NCBI GenBank assembly: GCA_964573705.1
Contig: CAZNLT010000009.1
Span: forward strand, 143-64,142
DNA: 64,000 bases
From: an uncultured Desulfobacterales bacterium
Lineage (GTDB): Bacteria; Desulfobacterota; Desulfobacteria; Desulfobacterales; Desulfococcaceae
Direction of reading: 5' to 3'
The notes below the pieces were generated by a model. It searched no databases and was not told the origin of the DNA. It saw nothing but the letters and a program-made list of their open reading frames with translations. Shown here piece after piece: positions 27,000 through 35,174 of the stretch. Every line of letters starts with the position of its first letter. Within the stretch, counting starts at the first letter, position 1. Position numbers and translations under genes: made by a program.

Positions 27000-28256
27000 A
27001 TGATTGCTGAAATTCTATCCACCGGAGATGAAATCCGAACCGGGGCCTTGACCGACACCAACGTCGGATACCTGGCCCGACACCTCGAAGGGATCGGGGT
27101 GGATGTGGTCCGCCACCACTGCGTGGGGGATGATCCCGACATCCTTCAATCCATGCTGACGGAGATCGGCGGAAGGGCCGATATCTGCTTGGTGACCGGC
27201 GGCCTCGGACCCACCGAGGACGATATCACCGCCCCGGCCGCCGCCGCAGCCTGCGGCGCCGAATTGGAACTCGATGCCGAGGCCCTGAAGTCGATCGAAG
27301 ATTTCTTTTCCTCACGGAAACTGGAGATGCCGCCCTCGAATAAAAAACAGGCCCTGCTGCCCCGGGGAGCCGAAGCTCTGTACAATCCGGTCGGCACGGC
27401 GCCGGGGTTTGCGGTGACGATCGGTCGGTGCCGGTGTTTTTTCATGCCGGGGGTGCCTTTTGAAATGCGGCGCATGTTGTCGGATCAGGTGCTCCCGCGT
27501 CTGGAAGACCTGATGGAGGGGTCCCGGACCTTCCATCGGGTCCGGACCATCTCCACCTTCGGGCTCACCGAATCGGCCGCCGGCGACCGGCTCACCGGTC
27601 TGGTCGATGCGTATCCGGACCTTAAACTGGGAATGCAGGTTCGGTTTCCGGAAATCCACGTCAAGCTCTATGCGGCGGGGCCCGAAGAAGCGGTGATCGA
27701 TCAGCGTCTTGAGGAGGCGACCGGCTGGGTCCGGAAGCGGTTGGGGGAAAAGATCTTTTCCACCTCCGAGGAGTCGATGGAAGCGGTGGTCGGGGAACTG
27801 CTTCGAAATGCCGGCGCAACCGTCGCGGCCGCGGAAAGCTGCACCGGCGGTCTGCTGGCCCATCGGCTCACCGACGTGTCCGGAAGCTCCGATTATTTTC
27901 TTTTCTCCGGGGTCACTTATGCCAATGAGGCGAAAATAAAGGTGTTGGGGGTGAAGCCTGAAACCTTGGCGGATTACGGCGCGGTGAGCATCGAAACCGC
28001 CGAAGAAATGGCTGAAGGGGTGCGAAAATTGACCGGCGCCGATTACGGTATTTCCACTACCGGCATCGCCGGTCCGACCGGCGGAACCGACGAAAAACCG
28101 GTAGGCGCCGTTTGCATCGGGCTGGCCTCCCGGTCCAGCGTCGAGGGACGCAAATTTACCTTTCACTTTCCCCGGCGCTCCATGAACAAGCGCATATTCG
28201 CTACCACCGCATTGGACCTGCTTCGTAAAGCGCTCCTTCAGGAGACTGCCCGGTGA
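27000..28256 (+). CDS. cinA: CinA-family protein (MoCF-binding domain + PncC nicotinamide-mononucleotide deamidase domain)
   Basis: 418 aa. MIAEILSTGDEIRTGALTDTN, VTGGLGPTEDDIT and C-terminal AAAESCTGGLLA..GISTTGIAGPTGG. Confidence 0.9.
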   Translation: MIAEILSTGDEIRTGALTDTNVGYLARHLEGIGVDVVRHHCVGDDPDILQSMLTEIGGRADICLVTGGLGPTEDDITAPAAAAACGAELELDAEALKSIEDFFSSRKLEMPPSNKKQALLPRGAEALYNPVGTAPGFAVTIGRCRCFFMPGVPFEMRRMLSDQVLPRLEDLMEGSRTFHRVRTISTFGLTESAAGDRLTGLVDAYPDLKLGMQVRFPEIHVKLYAAGPEEAVIDQRLEEATGWVRKRLGEKIFSTSEESMEAVVGELLRNAGATVAAAESCTGGLLAHRLTDVSGSSDYFLFSGVTYANEAKIKVLGVKPETLADYGAVSIETAEEMAEGVRKLTGADYGISTTGIAGPTGGTDEKPVGAVCIGLASRSSVEGRKFTFHFPRRSMNKRIFATTALDLLRKALLQETAR

Positions 28257-28388
28257 TCACATACATGTATAAGAGTGCTTAAAATGCTGGAAATCGAAGA
28301 TTTTGATATTTACAGCCTGAATGAGGTATGCTGAAGCAATACCGAATGGAGGTGAACCGTAAATACTCAACTACAAGAAAAGCGTCGA

Positions 28389-28982
28389 ATGACGCCGGAA
28401 GAGTATCTCGAGTTCGATAGCGTTTCAGATATCAGGCATGAATACTCCGATGGTGAGATATTCGCCATGACAGGCGGAAGTTTGAACCATAACCAAATCA
28501 ACATCAATATCGCCGGCCAATTGAAAAATAAGCTTACAGGCACCCCATGCAGACCGCTTGCAAGTGATATGAGAGTGAAAATCGAAGAGCTTGGCAAGTA
28601 CACGTATCCCGACATCGTCATTGTCTGTGGAAATATCGAGTTGGAAAAATTCAAAGGAATAGAGACATTACTCAATCCCGTGGCCATCATAGAGATTCTT
28701 TCCGATTCCACCGAGGCATATGACCGGGGAAAAAAATTCACCGATTATCGGCTTATTCCTTCACTTCGCGAGTACATTCTTGTGTCCCAAAATCATTGCA
28801 ATGTGGAGCAATTCTCTCGTGGCGACAGGGGTATCTGGCAAATTCTGAACCCATGCACGGATATGGAGCGGTCCATTACAATCGAGTCCATTGGTTGTGA
28901 ATTGCTGCTTTCCGATATCTATGAACTAGTTGAATTTGAGACTGACAGCCGGTCCGACCAACCGGCAGAGCCGATCGCGTGA
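28389..28982 (+). CDS. Uma2-family (DUF820) endonuclease
   Basis: 197 aa. EYLEFDSVSDIRHEYSDGEIFAMTGGSLNHNQI and ..YTYPDIVIVCG..VAIIEILSDST..DRGKKF..Y fit the PD-(D/E)XK Uma2 pattern. The gene is visibly lower in GC than its flanks. Confidence 0.8.
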   Translation: MTPEEYLEFDSVSDIRHEYSDGEIFAMTGGSLNHNQININIAGQLKNKLTGTPCRPLASDMRVKIEELGKYTYPDIVIVCGNIELEKFKGIETLLNPVAIIEILSDSTEAYDRGKKFTDYRLIPSLREYILVSQNHCNVEQFSRGDRGIWQILNPCTDMERSITIESIGCELLLSDIYELVEFETDSRSDQPAEPIA

Positions 28983-29036
28983 ACGATGAGGATTAAAATT
29001 CGAGCTTTCCCATGCACAATAAAAAACCTGAAGAAG

Positions 29037-30179
29037 TTATTGAGGGTGAGGTGATTTCAGTCCATCCTTTATTTTCCTGAGCCGGGATTCGGAAGGGGAC
29101 GCCAGCAGGTTCTCGAGTCGGGGTACTTTGAGAAAGGCTGGCGGCGGGACAATTTCCGACTGCGGGCGATACCCGTATTTTTTGGCTGCAAACTTCTGTA
29201 CCTCTTCAGAATTCAAAGCATCAAGAAGCCTTTTGCCTTTGGGGGTGAGTGCGACAAAGGGATGGGGAATATTCAGGGTCGGCTCCGGATAGAGCACCCG
29301 AATCCGGGATTCCATCTTCTCTCGATAGACCGGAAAAGCCTGATAGAATGCGATGATCTGGCTTTCAGTGGCCATTGCAAAAGGATAGGCCCAGGGGCCC
29401 TGTTTGAGGAATTTGCTGAAGAGCGCCTCTTCGGAGTCGGGGAGCGGGCCCATGATCTCATACAACTGCTTCAGGCCGGCTGCCGGCAGGGGACCGTTTG
29501 AAGCGTCGGAAGGGGTATCGGGTAAGGCTTCCGCGATCAAATAAGCGGAAAGCCGCCCGACCGGGCTGTCCACAGGATCAGCGGTTCGAAGCACTACGGT
29601 TCCCTCCATATTCCGCAGGCCGAGGGTGTTCCAGGTTCGGCCGTCCCGCATCAGTTGAAGCAGGCGAGGGAAGTCGATGAGGTAGGGAACCTCATCGCTG
29701 ATCTTCGCGATTCCTTCTCCGATCAGGGTATGGAGAATATCGGACCAGGAATAGATCACAAGGGGAGAAGAAAACACATTCGCCTTCGAACCGGAATTCT
29801 CTGACGAGAAATTCTCTGGAATCGACTCTGAAAAAGGCCCGATCGTCCAGACCCCGTCCATCCTTTCCAAAGCCCCAGCGGGTATTCCTTCGGGGCCGTA
29901 TTTTTCACCGATCAACACTATATCGAACCGGCTCTTCAGAAGATCCCGGAAATCGGTGTCCTGAATCAACCCCTTTTTGTCTTCGCTGAAGAGGATGTGT
30001 ACGGTTTCCAGTTCACGGTCCGGCCCATTCTCCTGCTTCGGGTTTCGAACGGTTCCGAAAAGCAGAATTACCGCCAGAACCCCTGATCCAATGCACAGAC
30101 CGAAAAAAAGTTTCCATTTTCTGGTGCTTGCCAAAATCAGAAACAAAGCGAGAAATACCAGCAGCAGGATGCGACCCAT
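29037..30179 (-). CDS. Hypothetical membrane-anchored extracytoplasmic protein (possibly solute-binding-like)
   Basis: 380 aa with an AGGAGAA RBS and two N-terminal TM segments followed by a ~330-aa soluble domain. I recognise no motif. GC is lower than the core genes. Confidence 0.65.
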   Translation of the reverse strand: MGRILLLVFLALFLILASTRKWKLFFGLCIGSGVLAVILLFGTVRNPKQENGPDRELETVHILFSEDKKGLIQDTDFRDLLKSRFDIVLIGEKYGPEGIPAGALERMDGVWTIGPFSESIPENFSSENSGSKANVFSSPLVIYSWSDILHTLIGEGIAKISDEVPYLIDFPRLLQLMRDGRTWNTLGLRNMEGTVVLRTADPVDSPVGRLSAYLIAEALPDTPSDASNGPLPAAGLKQLYEIMGPLPDSEEALFSKFLKQGPWAYPFAMATESQIIAFYQAFPVYREKMESRIRVLYPEPTLNIPHPFVALTPKGKRLLDALNSEEVQKFAAKKYGYRPQSEIVPPPAFLKVPRLENLLASPSESRLRKIKDGLKSPHPQ

Positions 30180-30399
30180 TCTTTTCTCCTGTATTGCCTA
30201 TACCGGGGGTGTACCCCGGAAAAAGGATGCGTGATAATATATCGAACACCGCCCTTTTAGTTCGTGTGTGATTGAAAATCAAGGCTTTGGTCATCGTTTC
30301 GGCCAAGACTGAATGCAAGTCCGCAAGGGGCGGGGTCGCAATGAAAGAGGAGCAGAATGGGAAAATTCGGAAGCTTATTTCGTTTTTGAAGTGGGGGTG

Positions 30400-30474
30400 C
30401 CGGTCATGCCGGGGAGACATGACCGGCGGCGTCGTAAAGAAGGAAAAAATAAGGAAAGAAGGAAAGAAAGGAAA
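30400..30474. other. Perfect 9-bp-stem hairpin followed by a ~40-nt GGA-rich polypurine tract, in a ~500-bp non-coding stretch
   Basis: CCGGTCATG-ccggggaga-CATGACCGG (30400-30426), then aaagaaGGAaaaaataaGGAaagaaGGAaagaaaGGAaa (30436-30474). The hairpin-then-purine-tract order matches that at 8992-9050. Confidence 0.5.
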
Positions 30475-30676
30475 CCGGTTATCAAAACCGGTTGATTGAT
30501 GTATGCCATAGCCCGGAAAATGAAGCAATGGGCTGAGGCCTGTATTGTGAGGTAGAAAAAACCTACCCGCAGGTCGGGTTCGGTCTTGCAGATCGTGAAT
30601 AGAGGACGGATTCGGAAAGGAGGGGAGGGGAGACGACCCGAAGGCCGTCTTTCGTCCGTCTTCCGTCGAGCAGGGA

Positions 30677-31124
30677 TTAGACGTGTTCGGACATCCGTTC
30701 CGCTATGGCGTCGAAAGCATCGGTAACGCCGGTGTTTTTGTGGGTCACCTGATAACAGGTACCGGAATCGCCGCAAACCACCACCTGTGGGTCAAGGGGA
30801 ATCCGGCCCAGAAAGGGAACCCCGAAATCCTTTGCGGTCCGCTCTCCGTCGCCGCTTCCGAAAATGTCGGTTTCATTGCAGTGAGAGCAGGCGAACCCGC
30901 TCATGTTTCCACCATACCGAATACTTCCATTCGAGGTCCCCCCAATCCACATCCGAGATGTACTGCCGAATCACCGAATGTTTGACCGGCCCCCGCCAGA
31001 TGACGGTGGCATCCTTGTCCGGCGTGAGGGATTCGATGGAGACTGCGGAGAGGTTCTTGGAGTATTCATTTCCATCAACTCTTTCACACCTTCTGATGAT
31101 TCTCATGGGGAACATACGGCTCAC
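30677..31124 (-). pseudogene. Decayed Mrp/ApbC/NBP35-family Fe-S cluster carrier ATPase (P-loop lost, internal deletion/frameshift)
   Basis: Two out-of-frame fragments. ..SIESLTPDKDATVIWRGPVKHSVIRQYISDVDWGDLE.. matches the mid-protein WRGP.. / W..LD region. ..GGNMSGFACSHCNETDIFGSGDGERTAKDFGVPFLGRIPLDP.. matches the ENMS..C..C C-terminal region. The Walker A and the DxPPGTGD segment are missing. Confidence 0.7.
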
Positions 31125-31206
31125 GGCGAAAAGTAAGCGCTACTGTCAGGGGTTTCCGTCTTTGAGCGATCCTTCGCTGTGAACCGTATGTGGTTGTATG
31201 TTTCGG

Positions 31207-31623
31207 TTAATGTTCGGTGACCCGGTGAAAATACTGGCCTCCACAGGAGGGGCATTTTTCCGGTTTGCCGGCGCCCATCGGCTCTTCCCACTTGTTTTCG
31301 CATTTTTCACAGACGAAAATTCGGGATTCTTCCATCAGGGTGAAATTGCCGCCCTCGACATTAATGGCCTTTCCGTTGATAAGGGCATCCGCGATGACCT
31401 TGCGGGCGCGCTGGATAATCCGGCCGAAGGTCGCCCGGGAGACGCCCATTCGCTGTCCCGCCTCTTCGTAAGACAGGCCGAGAAGATCCGACAGTCGAAT
31501 GGATTCGCGTTCATCAACCGTCAGGCAGATTTCCTCAAGGCTTACCATGGGGATGCCTCTGGGTTTGAAATAGCTGATTTCCGGATTGAACCCGACGAGG
31601 CGATTTTTTTTGGGTCTGACCAT
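31207..31623 (-). CDS. DUF134 (UPF0251) predicted DNA-binding protein with a C-terminal zinc ribbon
   Basis: 138 aa. MVRPKKNRLVGFNPEISYFKPRGIP..LTVDERESIRLSDLLGLSYEEAGQRMGVSRATFGRIIQRARKVIADAL is the DUF134 HTH signature. C-terminal CEKC..CPSC. Confidence 0.85.
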   Translation of the reverse strand: MVRPKKNRLVGFNPEISYFKPRGIPMVSLEEICLTVDERESIRLSDLLGLSYEEAGQRMGVSRATFGRIIQRARKVIADALINGKAINVEGGNFTLMEESRIFVCEKCENKWEEPMGAGKPEKCPSCGGQYFHRVTEH

Positions 31624-31693
31624 ATCTCTCTCTCCTTTATATTGAGTTTACCTCTGTGTAGGGTGTTAATCGCTGTACTGTTTTTTTTCAATA

Positions 31694-31731
31694 CCTTTTC
31701 TCATCTTTTATCGAAAAAAAATGAGAAAAGG
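31694..31731. repeat. Perfect 11-bp inverted repeat CCTTTTCTCAT-N16-ATGAGAAAAGG
   Basis: Read directly from the sequence. The spacer extends the pairing (CTTTT-atcg-AAAA). It lies in the ~35% GC divergent region between the DUF134 gene and the large helical-repeat gene, ~70 nt from the DUF134 start. Confidence 0.7.
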
Positions 31732-32090
31732 GGCTGAAAGAACCATTTCTTCTCAAAATAAGTATCGACTTACCCTTTTCAATTCTTTTTATCAAGAAAA
31801 TTTGAAAAAAGCGGGTATTTTTTTTACGCCGGTTTCATATATACTAATTTGGGATTTTGGGAAAGCATTATTTCATCTATTTTATCTTTACGCAAATTTG
31901 GTTTTATTATTTGTTGATCGGATGCAAGAAATTTGATACTGATCAGTTTTGATTTTGTGAGTTATCAATGAAATCTGTTTAAGTAACCCAGGGAGAAATC
32001 GTTCGGGTGAAACGGTTTTATTCCGCCGAAGAGCGCGGATGTTTCACAAACGATTTTTTTTTATTGGAACCGATTCGGGTGGGCGGAGCG

Positions 32091-34859
32091 ATGGCGGCTA
32101 AAAAGAAAAAGCGAAAAGAAAAAGGGACCTACAAACAATTTGAAAACCTGTCTTTTGATGATATTGTTCAAAAAATTGAGAATGCGCTTTCCTCTGAAAA
32201 TCCCCGGGACGCCCTCTATACCCTGAAATTTGCCATGAAAAAATTCGGGGAATCCGCCCCGATTCGGTCTCTTTTTTTTCGGGCATATCTGCTGCGGGAG
32301 AAACAGCTCAGAGCCAAATCGCTGCATGACGAAGCCGATGCGGTTCGGGAGCTGGCAAACCGGTTCCTGCCTGAATTCGATCAAATGTCGGAAGCGGTTC
32401 TGATCGATTACATATCCAACGCATCTGAAAAAAAGGCGGTCGAAGCCTATGCCGGTTATCTGAAAAACAGGGCCAGGTCTCCGAAAATCGAGCAGACTCT
32501 GGCTCATCGCCTGTTCATAGGCCGGGATTGGAAAGCCGTCGACATATTGGAGACGGACCACCCGCTCCGCCGGGACGCGGGCCCGGTTCAAAAGGCGGTG
32601 ACTCTGATGAACGATGCGGCCTGGGAACAGGCCCTGGATGCCTTGAACCCGATTCCCCGAACCTCCTCCTATGCCTCGATTCGGGTGTTCTGCCGGGCCA
32701 TGGCCTCTTTCTTCAGGGGGGATGACAAAACCGCGTCGCGAGCTTTGGAGATGATTCCCTCCGATTTTCCCCTTTCCCGAACCATCGGGGACCTCAAGCG
32801 GATTCTCCGTGAATCCACCCCGGAGGATGAAAAAAGGGCCGCCATGGAGGCGGTGGGTTACCTTTGGGACGGGCCGGTCAATCTCCAACGGGACATTCAA
32901 GACCTGATCGAGTGCATCGATCATAAACGCTTCAAACAGGCGGTGGAAAGGGTTCAGGCAGTCGCCTCCGCCTTCAATCCGTCGGAACCGCTGAGGGTGA
33001 CCACCTTCATCACGGAATGCCTGTGGCGGTTTTCCGCTACGGGGCGGCTGGAAGACTACGATTTCCAAAAGATGGCTCAGGCCCTTCTGCCCAAAAAAAT
33101 AATCGAGCCGATGTTTGTCAAGGTCCGCCTCGTCAGCAGCATCAAACCGTTTACATCGGCGGGCTTGTACATTTCCGAACTGGACAAGGAGTTCCCCGAT
33201 CCCGAAGAGCGAAAAATCGCCCATGCCCTGACTCTTTTGCAGACGGCTATCTATCTATTCGCACAGGACGGGCACATGCAGTTTCGGGTCGAACGACCGG
33301 CTATCGAAAAATACCGGGAACCACTGGGGATTCGCTCCGATACTTACGAAGGGGCCCTCCTGGACATGGTTTGCTTCAGCACCCGCATCGATCCGGGAAA
33401 CCGAAAAGCCTATGAATTTTTGGCCGATCTTCCCAGAAATTCCAGAGAGGACAAAAAAAAGGTGGAGAGCGGCTTCGGTGTGATGCTGAAGGAATTTCCG
33501 GATGATCCCTTCCCCTGCCTGGAATTGGCTTCTCTGTTCTACGAAAGCAATGCCTTCCGAAAGGCTGAAAATATTCTGGAGGAGGCGATGAAACGGGCCC
33601 CCCATGACGCCCGGGTACTCGATCGGCATGTCCTGTCGCTGCTCATTTCCTCTGAAATCAATATACGTCGGGAGAAATATCATCTGGCGGAGCGGGACCT
33701 GGACCGGGCGGCATCTTTTGAAAATAAAAAAATGGAACCCTTTGTTCTGGAGAAAAAACTCCTGTTCGACCTCAAAAAGTCCGCGAAGCATCTCGATCCG
33801 GATGAGCCCGATATGAAAAAACAGAGGTCGCTCTTCGGAAAGCGACGCACCCCCGCTTCCCTGATAATGGAAACCCTGACCGAATACTCCCTGTATGACC
33901 GGCTCAAGGTGCTGTCTCTTCTGCTCCTGGATATTCATGGAAAAAAACTGCCCAGGAAAACGGTTCTTCTGAAATCGGTGAATCCGCTTCTGGATGCGGA
34001 GCTGAAAGCGGGCGTCAAAAGCCTCGGCTCATCCGAAATATTCCAACTGCTCACTCCGCTCCCGAAGGAATATGATCCCCTTTATGAAAATCTACATCCA
34101 GCGGCCCTGTTGATCGAAAGATCCAAGTCGCTTCTGAATGTGCTGGACACCGAGGATGCCCTGCGCCTGTATGAACGCATTCTGATCCCCTCACTCTACA
34201 CGGTCATCATAAAGGACCTTCGGTCCCGGGCCAAAAAGGCATCAGAGAAGGACCGCCGGCTTTTGGATTTTTTCCGCGTGACGGTCGACCATCTCTCCGG
34301 TAAAAAAGAGGATTCCGAATTGTTTTATGAGGTGATCGATGAGGTGGAAGAAAGGCCGACCCTCGAAGCGCTGCGCGCCCTGTCCCGACGGCTGGCCCGG
34401 CATGCCGCGGGAAGGCTTCGAATGGCCCTTGAGGAGTTCGATTTTGAGATTCTGGATGAACCCATGGGGTTTCCGGGGCTGCCATTCGATCTCGACCTGG
34501 AAGACCTTATTCCCCGGATGGAAGACCTCATAGGGGATATGGAGGACGACGAATCGGATGAGGAGCGGCTGTTTGAAGCGCTGGAGGTCCTGTCGAAAAT
34601 CGGAATGACCGAAAACGACGCCTTCAAAGAAGAATTGGGGTTCGTCATCGAGGAGGCGGAAGACTGGGTCGACTCCCTCGAAATCAGGGGATATCCGAAC
34701 CACCTGATCAAGCAGATGCGGAACATGGTGTTTAAAACCGACCCGGATGTCAAGCGGGAATTGAACATGATCGGCCGGGTATTGGAACAGACCGGCACGC
34801 ATTCCAAACTCTCCCGGGAGGCTCAGGTCCTCTTGTACGGGAAGGCCCGAAAGAAATAG
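32091..34859 (+). CDS. Large (~922-950 aa) all-helical / TPR-like repeat protein, first gene of the non-canonical Hsp70 operon
   Basis: The ORF is open from GTG 32007. The ATG at 32091 (MAAKKKKRKEKG..) follows GGGCGGAGCG. The protein has a Lys-rich N-terminus, TPR-like stretches (e.g. LELASLFYESNAFRKAENILEEAMKRAPHDARVLD) and an acidic C-terminal third (DLDLEDLIPRMEDLIGDMEDDESDEE). No enzymatic motif was seen. Confidence 0.8.
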   Translation: MAAKKKKRKEKGTYKQFENLSFDDIVQKIENALSSENPRDALYTLKFAMKKFGESAPIRSLFFRAYLLREKQLRAKSLHDEADAVRELANRFLPEFDQMSEAVLIDYISNASEKKAVEAYAGYLKNRARSPKIEQTLAHRLFIGRDWKAVDILETDHPLRRDAGPVQKAVTLMNDAAWEQALDALNPIPRTSSYASIRVFCRAMASFFRGDDKTASRALEMIPSDFPLSRTIGDLKRILRESTPEDEKRAAMEAVGYLWDGPVNLQRDIQDLIECIDHKRFKQAVERVQAVASAFNPSEPLRVTTFITECLWRFSATGRLEDYDFQKMAQALLPKKIIEPMFVKVRLVSSIKPFTSAGLYISELDKEFPDPEERKIAHALTLLQTAIYLFAQDGHMQFRVERPAIEKYREPLGIRSDTYEGALLDMVCFSTRIDPGNRKAYEFLADLPRNSREDKKKVESGFGVMLKEFPDDPFPCLELASLFYESNAFRKAENILEEAMKRAPHDARVLDRHVLSLLISSEINIRREKYHLAERDLDRAASFENKKMEPFVLEKKLLFDLKKSAKHLDPDEPDMKKQRSLFGKRRTPASLIMETLTEYSLYDRLKVLSLLLLDIHGKKLPRKTVLLKSVNPLLDAELKAGVKSLGSSEIFQLLTPLPKEYDPLYENLHPAALLIERSKSLLNVLDTEDALRLYERILIPSLYTVIIKDLRSRAKKASEKDRRLLDFFRVTVDHLSGKKEDSELFYEVIDEVEERPTLEALRALSRRLARHAAGRLRMALEEFDFEILDEPMGFPGLPFDLDLEDLIPRMEDLIGDMEDDESDEERLFEALEVLSKIGMTENDAFKEELGFVIEEAEDWVDSLEIRGYPNHLIKQMRNMVFKTDPDVKRELNMIGRVLEQTGTHSKLSREAQVLLYGKARKK

Positions 34860-34874
34860 ACAGGAACGGATGAT

Positions 34875-35174
34875 ATGCTGCCCTATTATTATATTCTGAA
34901 TGTGTCTGAAGATGCCACCGACGAAGAGATTCGAAACAGCTATCTGCGGCTGGTCAAACAGTATACCCCGGAAAAGGACCCGGTTCGGTTTCAACAGGTG
35001 ACCGAGGCTTATGAAGCCCTTCAGAACCGGCGGCGGCGCATTCTCGGGAAGATTTTCGGCGGCCTCAGCATCAAAGAACCGGAGAACGGGCTGTTGACCC
35101 TGGCCGCATCCCGCCGACCGGTCCGGCGGCCGGTGAGTCTGCAAACCTTGTTTGATGCGGAAAATGAAGACTGA
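34875..35174 (+). CDS. Minimal J-domain-like protein with HPD replaced by TPE
   Basis: 99 aa. YYYILNVSEDATDEEIRNSYLRLVKQYTPEKDPVRFQQVTEAYEALQN aligns position for position with J-domain helices I-III (canonical ..KYHPDKNP..). No G/F, zinc-finger or C-terminal client-binding domains. Confidence 0.8.
   Translation: MLPYYYILNVSEDATDEEIRNSYLRLVKQYTPEKDPVRFQQVTEAYEALQNRRRRILGKIFGGLSIKEPENGLLTLAASRRPVRRPVSLQTLFDAENED

Noticed and set aside
30180-30676. Short ORFs in the non-coding stretch (30272-30499+, 30313-30495+, 30375-30776-, 30013-30528-).
   Set aside because: They overlap one another and have low-complexity K/E/G or R/P-rich translations driven by the polypurine tract. There is no RBS/start context and no homology pattern. 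I treat the region as non-coding or decayed.
31721-31936. A 71-aa plus-strand ORF in the AT-rich spacer upstream of the large helical-repeat gene.
   Set aside because: It lies in a ~35% GC promoter-like region. The translation is Phe/Leu/Ile/Tyr-rich, as expected from AT-rich non-coding DNA, and there is no RBS.
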